DNA from: Utricularia gibba
Taxonomy: Eukaryota > Plantae > Magnoliophyta
Reading direction: 5' to 3'
NCBI GenBank assembly: GCA_002189035.1
Contig: NEEC01000014.1
Span: forward strand, 2,604,001-2,668,000
DNA length: 64,000 bases
Shown: one piece after another, positions 50,554 through 64,000 of the stretch
Numbering within the stretch: the first letter of the stretch is position 1
Layout of the letters: the number at the start of each line of letters is the position of its first letter
The notes under the pieces: model-generated
What the model was told of the DNA's origin: nothing
The model's database searches: none
What the model saw: the letters and a program-made list of their open reading frames with translations, nothing else
Translations under genes and position numbers: made by a program

Positions 50554-51688
50554 TTACCATTTTGGATTGATAAAGAAATCGTGCAAGGAGTTTGGAATCT
50601 GACTTCTTGCCGCTGAGGATCTATCGTCGACCTCATGCTCCTCCTCTTTAACCCCCCATTCATCAAGAAAAAGATGCATCACCTTCTTGGGCTGCTCAGC
50701 GAAGCTCTCGCAATCGAAGTAATCATGCTTCTGCTGGCCGCAACTCTGATCCTTTATGCTGTGAACCTTGTTCATCCCAGTTTGAGTATCAGAAGAGTTA
50801 TCAGAGTTTTGCTGCTGCTGATGCATGTGGGACAGTGATGATCCGATCCCCAGCTTCCAGTAACAATCATTTGACGCTGTCACACTTCTCATGCCCCCCG
50901 AATTTGAAAGACTCTCTGAGAAAAATGAGCGCTCCTCACTTCCGTTACCATATTTGGTCCTGCGGTCACCCAAAACCAAACACGATTATGTAATCTGAGA
51001 CACCACCTGAAGTTACAATCGAAATTGAAATAACAAGATCAGCCCACCTAAAATCATGGGGAGAAGAGCGAGAACTGGAATTGGAATCCAAGAAAAAGTT
51101 GGTGGTAATCGCCTCTTCAGGTCTGGAGTAAGAGAACTCTGGGAAAATTAAGTTGGGTGTTTGCGAATGAATCCCCGGCGTGGAGACATGAACGGAATCT
51201 GCAGACGGCGGCGGCGGCGGCGGCGGTGGCGCGTGAGATGAGGACGAAGAAGAAAGAATTTCCACAGGCTTTCTTGAACGGTTCCTTCCCCTGTGCATGT
51301 GCCTTTCACAGTACTTGGAATCTGGGTACGCTTCCTTTGAGCATCTCCATTTTTTGCCATCCGTTCGCCGGCATCTTCCTGGTTCAGGGTCAATTTTTCT
51401 ACCGAAACACATGTGGAAGCTGCTCCATCCCACTGCAAAAACGCTCAGAGCATCATGAAACGAAGCATCAATAAACACATTAAAGTTGACGAAAAACAGG
51501 TTACCAGTGTGAGGGCTCTGCTGCAGAAGAAACCTGGAAGAATCAAAGCTTCTTCTGATGCTGAAAAGGAGATCCGGGGGAATGGGCATTCCAGAAATCA
51601 AGTATTTGTACACGAGAGCTTGATGCTCGAGTTCTTGCCATTGAGAAGGTGTAAAAGGGTACCTTGGTCTTGCATTTGCGCTCATCAT
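50554..51688 (-). CDS. GRF: Growth-regulating factor (QLQ + WRC domains); 3 exons, ~324 aa
   Basis: complement(join(50554..50959,51048..51432,51505..51688)) = 975 nt. QLQ domain [30 protein letters not shown]; WRC domain [44 protein letters not shown]. Confidence 0.94.
51260..51280 (-). promoter_or_regulatory. miR396 target site in GRF exon 2
   Basis: mRNA-sense CGTTCAAGAAAGCCTGTGGAA (encodes RSRKPVE), the canonical GRF miR396 recognition sequence. Confidence 0.92.
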
Positions 51689-52968
51689 ACACCCCAACGC
51701 TAAAGAGACTAGGAAATGGAACAGAAAATGAGAGCTTTTATTTTGTTCTTTAATCTTTTGGTTGTGGAAGTGTAAGCAGAGAGAGCAGGGCAGGGCAGGA
51801 GGGTAAATGAAGGAAGAGTTGCAGGGTAAAGGTTTATTTATGTCGAGTTCAGAATCTTCTCTCCATCTCCATGGATGGACAAGCACTCATCATCCTCATC
51901 TCTCCCACTCCTCCATCTCGGGTCACGTGTATACTACAGTGAAAAACATGCGTTTGAGATAGCTGTTCAAGCTTAATATACTTAATCCGGCAACGTCTGT
52001 CTGGAGGATCACACTTTTTTCTTGTATTCTACTCACTCACTCAAACTGTCCCTTGGAACTGGATTTATAATGCATTTGTATCCAAATCTTTGAGGATGAA
52101 GGCCGCAATATGATCCCTGACAAAAAAATTGCATTAAAATTTGTATATTTTAGTGAAACTGGTTCCTAATTTTTAATATAAACTGCGTAATTGATCCTCG
52201 TTAATAAAATCAATCACCAAGGTTTCATGTATCCGCATTATATATCTTAGGCATTTTTTGAACACAGAGCACAATTAGTTCTCAATTCAAAATCTACATA
52301 CAATTAGTAGAGGATTTTTTAAATAATTTGGGGATTAATAATGCCAATTATTTCAAATAAGAAAAATTATTTATGTCAAATTAAAGAATACTAAAATGTT
52401 GTGGACCAATTTGCCATCGTATTGAAAAAATCAAAACCCTATTTTGTAAAGAAGGGGGTAAAAGTGAATGGGTTCCTGGTCTCATCTTTCTGAACCAGAG
52501 GGTCCACTAACTGCAAATACAACACCATGGAGAAGAGAATGTGATCCATCTCATGGGAGGATTACAATGATCATGGAGCCGAGTCTTCTCTTTCTCATGG
52601 ATGTGCATTCATTCCTTTTAGGGCTCACAAAATCTCCCAAGTGGTCAAAACCAATTATTGCTACTTGAAGTCTCATCCACGTCTGCCAGCGAATTCACTC
52701 GCAATACATGCAAAAATCATTCATCTTTTATTGTTTTTTTCCCAAAGCAAGCAGCATCCAGTCATGCACCGGACCAAGGAAGACTCAGGTTTTTACAGGG
52801 AGGGTTTGTGCAAACACTTGTTTGAATGAAGCAAACACATGTTCTTTTTAAGAGAGCCCAGGAAATAAGTGCACAGAAAGACAACCCTACACTTGTTTTG
52901 TTTGTGTTCAGAGTTGAGAGAAAAAGGGCGTCTGTAGCGTACTGTCCATTCAGGCTACTGCAGCTGCA

Positions 52969-53016
52969 CAGACACAGACACAGACGCAGACGCAGACGCA
53001 GACGCAGACACAGACA
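52969..53016. repeat. Hexamer tandem repeat (CAGACA/CAGACG) x8
   Basis: Direct read: 2x CAGACA, 4x CAGACG, 2x CAGACA. Confidence 0.9.
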
Positions 53017-54752
53017 CACTCTGTGAGAGGCATCTGCACCAGCGACTGCTCCTCTGCGTCTGCTAGCTGGCACCCCTTCTCTGACACAAGCTACGGAAAT
53101 CAATAAAAAACAGTAGACAACAAACTCTAATGAAAGTTGAATGCCCAGCAGTAACAAAATATGCATTGTATAATCAATCTCATGGCGTTTCTCCTCTTGA
53201 CCAGGGTTTCGTACATCCGTTAGTTTACAGTTCAGACGAGAGATCATGGGGATCAAACCCTATAATTCCCTTGCACAAGAATGCTAACCCGTGGAGCTTA
53301 AAATTATGTGCAGCTGTTTCAAACTCCACGATGTTGTACGCTCTCTGTTGTGGGCAGTCAAACAAACATCGAAATGAAAAATCAATGAGATGGGCAGTCC
53401 CTTTTTTAGGCCATCTGCTTTAACTGTGAAATGGTGTAGTTGAAAGCCGTTGATCATACCGTCCGCTGAACCTTTAAACTACAAACGCAGTTGAAGAATG
53501 GAATGGCTGCTTGGTTTCACCGCTGCTCAACTTTTACTGCAAAACCCCTCTTTTGCTTTTCTTTTTTTTTTTCTCCATCTCAGTGTGTTTTACCCCCTTT
53601 CCCTGTAGCAGCAGCAGCAGCAGGAGCAGGAGCAGCAGACTGTGAAGAAGGAAGGGCTTTGGGTTATTTCTCATGTGAGTTACCTGTCAAGATACTAAGA
53701 ATCACTTTTATTTATGTCTTTGTTGGGACACCACATTTTTTCCCTACGAGAATCTGCACTCCATGCGCATATGGCTCCACCGCTTTTGGTCAAGATGACA
53801 TGATAACATGTGATCTGATCACACATCTGCCTGCAGGTGAACACAGATCTCTTTGATCTGCAACTGCAGCATCTTTCACTTTACCTTTTATTCCCATCAG
53901 GAACACATGTTTCTCTTGTTCCCTTCTCCTCCCTCCTCCCTCCTCCCTCCCCCTTTACCCGGTTTCACACCCAAATGACCACAACATTAACAACTCCCAT
54001 TTGCCGCCTGGATTGCGCAGTAGAATTCGCCCAACGGGATATAAATAATAATATCATCCACAAGGGAGATGGCGCGTTATCATCTTGGTTTTGTAGTCTG
54101 TGGCAGGGACGTGGTTTACAGGACAGTGTGGAGGGGGGAAAAACTGTTGGTCGCCAGAGCTGCAGGAGTCCCTGACTGCTGGACCCTCATCTCAAACTCA
54201 ATGCTTCATTTTTCAGTCCCACACTCCTTTTTTTATTTATTAAATGTGGTTGCTCTTAATTTACATCAAAATTTCATGATACCCATAATGAATAATTTAT
54301 ATATAATTATTTAGTATTTTTTTGAAAAAAAAAAGATAATATCTTATTCTATTTTAGTCAGATTAATTAACTTGACAATTTTTCAAACCGGGTTTACAGT
54401 AGTATTTCACTTTATTTTTTACAACAAGGGGACGCAGGCTGAGACTGATGCGACCAGGAATCGTGGCATCTGAACACACAATGCAACATGGTCCGTCCGT
54501 GTGTGAGTCAAACAAGCGTCACTCAGTCGGTACGCCATGGGCTGATCCAACCGTGGGTTCATTCTATCTAAAGGGTAGGGGTAGGGGGTCACCTGGCAGG
54601 CCCACTGTTGTCTTCCGGGCAACAGCCCTGGTTGGTTGGTTGGTACAACACTACAGTAACACGGCGGAACAAAATCTCAACACCAAATTCGTTACAGTAG
54701 TAACTGCTCGGTCTCAACTTGCAAGAAGGCAGTCCAGACCAGACCACATGTG

Positions 54753-57700
54753 CTACTCCTTCTGAATAAAAGAAAGCACGAAATCCGTATGCACAGAGAA
54801 GAGCTGCGTGTCCACAAAAAGCTGCAGTCCGGGAATGCCTCAGTGAGCACAGGTGACTGACTACCAGAATCAAAACATCCCCAGTTATGGCGAACAAGCG
54901 TATTTGCTTACCTTCATGAAGGGCCGGTTCCGGCTTGGAAATGACTCGATGAAGCTATCTTTAAGGAGCAATGACACCTGAGGAGGAGGGGGTACACGAT
55001 GTCATAATGGCATTGGATAAGGAGCTCCACATCACTTGAATGGACCAGACCTTATCGTTGTTGGACTGAACATTGGTGATCGTGTGGGAACGAAGGTTGG
55101 AACAAAGGGAATCCAGGTATGTGCGCAAAACACCAAGGAAACCTTTGGCAGCTTCGATCTAAATGTTTGGAGGCATCACATCACAGGCCGGGAAACTGAA
55201 ATACAACAGTCAATGGTGTAGCAACTATACCTGCACGTCTGTGCACTCGTGGACGGGCCTCTTCTTGGCTAAATAGCTTTCTTCTACCAGCTTCGCATGG
55301 TAACCACTGAGGCTGGTGTACAGTTCCTTGTGTTGAGGTAGCTGCGGCAATGAGGGTGACTTCACCTGTGGAGGAACACGTTGCAGATGATGTCGACCAT
55401 TTTTGACACGAGACAAAAGTATCATAAACAGGCTAAAACTGGACGGTGTGGATTATGCACGATAACATCTGGATGAAAGTTTTGCAATCGAAATCCCATG
55501 AAAGAGCTTGAGCCTCGTGTACCTGGTTTCGATTTACATCCACCAGGATGACATTCGATAGCTTTGGCTGCAGCTCCATGGTCTTGCTCTTCATGCCTAC
55601 CTGGTCAACACATGAACACAACACCTCGTGAGTAAGGAGAACATGAAATTCATCAAACATGTCAAATGATGGAAAAATAGGCACACCAATTCATCAAAAA
55701 ACTTTCAAAAATCTAGAAAGAGGAGGGATTTCTAGCATATGAAACACTTACTACGTATGGGACGGGCGCATCAAGGAAGTCAATCATGTCATTAGGCAGG
55801 ACCTGAAATCGTATGCGATGAGATACATGGTGACCAAAAAAGTGAAATGTGAATTATGAAAACTACCCAGGACATGATATTACCGGCACTAGTAAACTCT
55901 GCCATTGATATGGCCGGATCAAAGGTATAATGGAAAGCACTATAGCGGAAAGAACACCCTGCAAAAACCAGAGAAATCAATGAAATCAGTTGTGCTCTTC
56001 GGAATTCTCGTACAGCAAAACAAATAAGTTTATCCAAAGCAAAAAGTATGGAGATAGTTTCTGTTTGCATACCAAATTTGAACAAAGAACCACGATCTGT
56101 TTCTCAAGCAGTGTTCCAGCAAATAATGTCAACACCTGCCACAGAACAAAGGTGATCATTGGTAAATCCACTCAAGCAAATCCACGTGTTTAGAGTGTAA
56201 TAAGCTTCAAATATCAGACTGAACTTGCACCTACTAGACTAAGTAGAAAGATTAACTCAGCAACAACTTGGCGTGTTTTGGTTTGTTTTTCCAAATCAAA
56301 GGCTGAAAAAAGATACTCTGTATATGCAACCACAAACTTACATGCTCGAGACGTAGAGAACCACACAGGCAAGCAGTGGCCCAGACAGATAAAGCAGCTG
56401 CCTCCTCCTCTGCCATAAGTGCACTTTGGGCCTAAAGGGAATTACTAATGTCAAATCAAGAAAATCATCATAGCTTGGCATGTAGAAGATTATTGCTTTG
56501 TCCTGCAGATAAACATAACACGACATTTCATACCTCTGCTAATTCCAAACTTGTATTGCAAGAACTCAGATCTATTCTTGGACCAGATACGCATAGTTGT
56601 GTTTCACCAGGTCTATGGTACTCCACAGGATGCAGGTGATCCAATGGATGGAATTTTACAGATGAGCCTCGTTTTGGACAGCATAGTTGATAATATTCAC
56701 ATATTATTTGCAAGGCTCCATTACTGTTTTCCTGCAGGGGAAGGAACACTCAAGAGTCACAAAATCCTTTAGACAGCTAAACCCTGTGTGTTACACATCT
56801 AGACAAAGAGCCTTTTTCAGGTATCATGGTCCATTAGCGGATAACCAACCCTTCCCTAGGAAACAGGCACAATCATGGTCCATAAATTGACTCCCTAGAC
56901 AGCACCTCGATAATTCAAAGGAATCTGTTTCCTGTTTAATCAAATGAAATACGATGAACTTCACATATAGAAAATTAGAACCTTTGCCCAGTCGAGAATA
57001 TCACTTTGCCCACTAAGGATATCTCGCCCAGAAGACGATGCCTCAGTCTGTGCATCATCCAAATCAGGTCTAAAATTTCTATCATCGCTTGAAGACCACT
57101 GGTAACTGCATTAACAGAAATTTCAGAGAATCTCTTCAATATTCAACTAGCTTGGACAAGTTTACACCATTGCTATGAGGAGAGCCATCAACATATCCGC
57201 ATACCTTGATGAGGACTCTGAACTGCCACAATGCTGATACCGCATCAAAGAAAACACAGCATTTTCAGATGACTGCTTGGCCGAAAAGTCGATGTCTTCA
57301 GAAAATGAGATCTTCTGTATTTCAGAATCAGGAATGGCAAAGCCAAAATTTTCCCCTGTTCTTGAGTAGCTTACTTGGTTCATATCCTGAAGCTCATGTG
57401 GGTATAAATTATCATTCAAGCTTCCTGATATCTTTTCACTTACACCCACCTTCAGAGGACTAAATGACTCATTAAGTGTGGTAACAGGTCCATCTGCTGG
57501 CAATAAGGTATCCACAGCCGCCTCTACAGTTTCATCATCAGTGCCAAAAGGTGGCTCTCCCAGATCCAGACTTTGTATTTGCTGCTTTAGTCGTCCCAAT
57601 CTCTCTTCGGTGAATATGCTACAAGATAACAAGTCAAAACCAACATGCGACTACAGTCAGTTAAAGAATGAAAAGGTTGCAGTTACTCAAATTGTAACAC

Positions 57701-59290
57701 ACTGAAGAAAGGTTTTTACAAGTATAAAAAAAAAAAAAAAAAACTGATGCTGGGGCCAGAAGCATACACTGAAAACATCAAAATTTATTTGCCGACCTAT
57801 TTAAAACGCCAAAATGGAGCTCAAAAAATGGAAGTCTGGAAAGAATACAATAACAACGTCTTGTCGTTAAAACATAGTGGCTCCGATTAGTGCGAAGAGG
57901 TTGACCATCTAAAGCTGTGGAAATTAGTCCAGATCTCTTTTGAATTAATTCTTCAACCAAAACGCAGCAGCCATACAGAGTTGAGGCATCTGCTACCTAG
58001 AGGAAGAGTAGCAAAGTAAAAAAAATTGGAGTTGAGGAAAAACATTTTGAATGTTGGATGATGAATTACAGAATTCCATTTTAAATAACCAAGATGATTG
58101 ATTATGTACCTGTAGCCGGAAGACAAAGGATAAATCATTCTGCCTGAGATGCTCCTGCCATTATTAGATTATAGTTAGTGACAAATTCAGCATCTAACAG
58201 TTTCTTAGCATGTTTCTAGTTGCTTCAGCCAAATAAAATACCTGCCCAAGGAGTATCTCATTCAACTCACTCATTGACGGTGTTCTCTCAATGGCATTAA
58301 CCTAATAAATAGCAATTAGTGTTAGATTCTCAAATTAACCAACAAAAAAAGCACACAGTTGATCTCAGATGGCAGGAGCAGGTGATGAAAATTTGCGAAT
58401 AAAATTTTACACATCCGCACCTCTACTCCAACAGGGAAACAGAAAGAAAGTAGATCCTTGTACTTTAGAGGCAGTTGCTTTTCAGGCGGGTACACAAATA
58501 ACACCTGAAATCCAGAATGAAAAATTGCATCCAGCTTTTAAATTAATACATTCTTTAAAACATGTTTAGGTGTACCATAATTATTTATATTCACCTGAGG
58601 CTCAAGGTTAGGCTCTACACGTGAAAGTCCACCAACAGCACTTCGAAATCTCCCGGGACCTTCAACCTTTCGGGCAAAGTAAAGATTTTGAAGGGCAAGA
58701 ACGTCTGAAGCCGGATGAAGTCCAACAACTACCATGCTTTCAAATAGACTCGATGGCTCCTTCCAAACTCTGTGATCCTGCAACCTTTGAAGTGATGAAA
58801 CAAGAAATGCAGAGTACAACCATACCATACATGATCTCATGAATAACAAAGTAATCTAGTTCATTTGCAATCAGTTTAGAAAATATGCATAAGAGGATAA
58901 GTTTGTTTGTTTCAAAGTTCTAACGGTTGAAAAACAGATTTTACAGCAATATGCATGCAGACGGATTAAGCAGCCTAATGAAAGAGAGCATACCAGCAAT
59001 TGCAGTTGAAAGCTAGCCCATTGACGTTTTTGACTAGTTAGTATCTCGGGGTTGTAACATACACCTTTACCATCAGTGGGGTTAGATAGGCCCTTCATCA
59101 TTCTTGAAACATGGTTCTGAAATCTTTTAAGCTGGCTTCCAGTTTCATCTTTGGACGAGTATACAACAGAAGGGCGCGGTGTCCGAACAGCAGCAGCAGC
59201 TGCTGCAACAGCTCTCGCAACATCTTCAGTCGTTCGCATCAATAAAGAAGCACCCCAATTGGGACTGTCCAGTTCATCCTCTTTGTCCAT
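54753..59290 (-). CDS. DENN (uDENN/cDENN/dDENN) domain protein, putative Rab GEF; multi-exon
   Basis: Traced exons include 59290..58994, 58777..58595, 58504..58421, 58301..58242, 58154..58110, 57996..57797, 57618..57205, 55158..55051, 54977..54912, 54821..54753; the middle exons were not all traced. Motifs LFESMVVVGLH, VLFVYPPEKQLPLKYKDLLSFCFP, TLYGCC, RCYCILSRLPFFELHF, LFAGTLLEKQIVVLCSNL, LFVDTQLFSVHTD. Confidence 0.9.
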
Positions 59291-61141
59291 TCCTTGGAAT
59301 TCACTCCCTGTTACATAAAAGATGATCATGATATGGAAGCACCCCAACTGGGGCTGCCTATGAAACCCGACAAGCAGACTGATCAAGAACCGATGTGACA
59401 AGAACCAAGAATAACCTACCAGACGCCGCAGATTTAAATCCCTGACAAATTACCTGCAACGTATCAGGCAAAAGAGGCTCTTTGACTATTCCTCCGCCAC
59501 AAACCAGCTTCCCAGATGTCAGAAAAAAAACCACAATACCATATGAGGAAGATAATCAACGAGTGAAGCACCAAAAGCCTAGCTATTAGACCTTCGCTCA
59601 ACAGTTTATAACTGCATTAAACAACAACAAAAATCATAATCAAGCTCAGAGCGACAAATCCCACCTCCCCACTCCTTACAAACATCCAAACGAAAAGAGC
59701 CCCACGTTTAAAATCAACAAAAACGAAAAGAAACTCTCGTACAAGTGCAAGAATTAAACCAATTCTAACACACCGCCACGAAATCTAAGAATAAAGACCC
59801 CCCTTTTACCAACAAGATACCCTTTCGTAATACGACCGATCTTTCCAGAGTTGCGTATTCCCCGAACATATCACATCCGTTTCCCAGCAAAACGAGGGGA
59901 AAAAGGTAATAGGGGCGAAGTCAGGTGGGCATGAAAGTTGAAGGGGAAAGAAGAAATAGCGCATGAAAAACAAACACTTTAATTATGTTTTGGGAAGTCA
60001 ATCACTCCATTCCAATCTAATCCTCCCCATTGATACGCTTATCTGTTCCCTCCTTCGCACAACACCAACAGCGTCATTATTACACATGCCATTTCCAAAA
60101 TGAACATCTCTCATTTTTCATTTTCTTTTATATAAACGTCGTATTCCTAACATTCATAGTATATTTTGTCAACAAAAAAAGGCGAGAAATTTCGCATCCA
60201 TTACAAACACGGGTGCTTAAATGTTCATGTGTGGGGTAGCGTTTGTTGTAGGGCGATGATCTAAATGCCATTATTAGGGCAAATGGCCTGAACAGAGATG
60301 CTCCATCAGGTACCATCCTATCCCCTCAATTGCTCGTAGCTCGGGTGTTTTGTCGGGACAAGTCCCTCTTCCCTTGCCCATATTCAGAGGACACAGAGAC
60401 AATTGAAGATCCGATTCGAGGAAGAGTGTGTGAATAGGCAAACAACTGGTTAACTGAGCTGTGAAAGAAATTCTTGTGTGTAGCGACTGACTCCTCGCAG
60501 AACCGTTGACAGGGACGGACTAATCGCATCAGAGGCGGACTTCATGGAAATATTACTTAGGCACATGTTTCTCTAACTAAAAAACATTTCTATTTTTATC
60601 AATATATTAAGAAAAGTGAACAAGAAACACACATGTTAGTAATAATCAGTATTTTAAATTTTTAAAGAAATTTTACAACATAATTAAAAATTATTAAATT
60701 CAATTTCAATGACTATAAAAAGAATTCAATTTAAATTAATGACTATAAATTTAGTTTTGAAACACACGTTTTCCTCAACTGTCAGGTAGGCAGCCTCACA
60801 AGTACGACAGCCACCTAGACAGGGCTCTTCGTTGGTCCTATTTATAAAAAAAAATAATAGCTTTATAAAACATAATATATTCTTATTTTTGGAAAAATAG
60901 AAATATTCTTTTTCTATAAATTTGTAGAGAAATCAGAAATTGTATTTTATTTACAAAGTTTTGAAATGTACAATCATCAAATTTATACTATATTATATAT
61001 ATATATTAATCTAATTATTTTAATAAATAATTTCGTATCTATTCTTGAGAGAATATTTTTTCATTAATTTTATAGTAAATTAATATGTTCCGCTGGAAAG
61101 GTCGTGTGTAAAAGGCGACGCCCTAACCCGTCAAAGTAAGA

Positions 61142-64000
<2,859 letters not shown>

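Noticed and set aside
50966-51886. 306-aa ORF taken as the complete GRF protein
   Set aside because: It reads through an upstream region and two introns; the spliced model from 51688 fits the domains and GT-AG signals.
52762-53256. 164-aa minus-strand ORF with CLCLRLRLRLRLCLC
   Set aside because: The repetitive part is simply the hexamer microsatellite; no domain and no supported splice model.
60128-60529. Two short minus-strand ORFs upstream of DENN (possible uORFs)
   Set aside because: No evidence that they lie inside the transcript and no recognisable conservation.

Overview
This is flowering-plant nuclear genomic DNA; the species cannot be identified from the sequence alone. Two gene-dense blocks flank a ~26 kb pile of LTR retrotransposons (22.9-49.3 kb). 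The left block holds an MFS transporter, allene oxide cyclase (AOC), ALG6, a class II LBD (LBD40/41/42 type), a secreted 8-cysteine nsLTP-like peptide, a decayed gene of unknown family, CCZ1 preceded by a spliced upstream ORF, and an acidic/zinc-finger protein. The TE block holds two degenerate Ty1/Copia remnants, two solo LTRs with perfect 5-bp TSDs, further LTR-like fragments, and a structurally complete 10.3 kb Ty3/Gypsy Tat-type element. That element has an extra RNase H and a spliced antisense gene. The right block holds a GRF with a miR396 site, a DENN-domain gene and an OPR3-type reductase that runs off the window. Main points: (1) AOC and OPR3, consecutive jasmonate-pathway enzymes, lie ~57 kb apart. 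(2) ALG6 and OPR3 show single-base deletions in G/C homopolymers; three in OPR3 cancel out and keep the frame open. These are most likely long-read consensus errors. (3) CCZ1 has a candidate uORF or bicistronic leader. (4) The retroelement antisense gene has frame-preserving introns. Exon coordinates were derived by hand from GT/GC-AG signals and protein similarity recalled from memory; no database searches were run.
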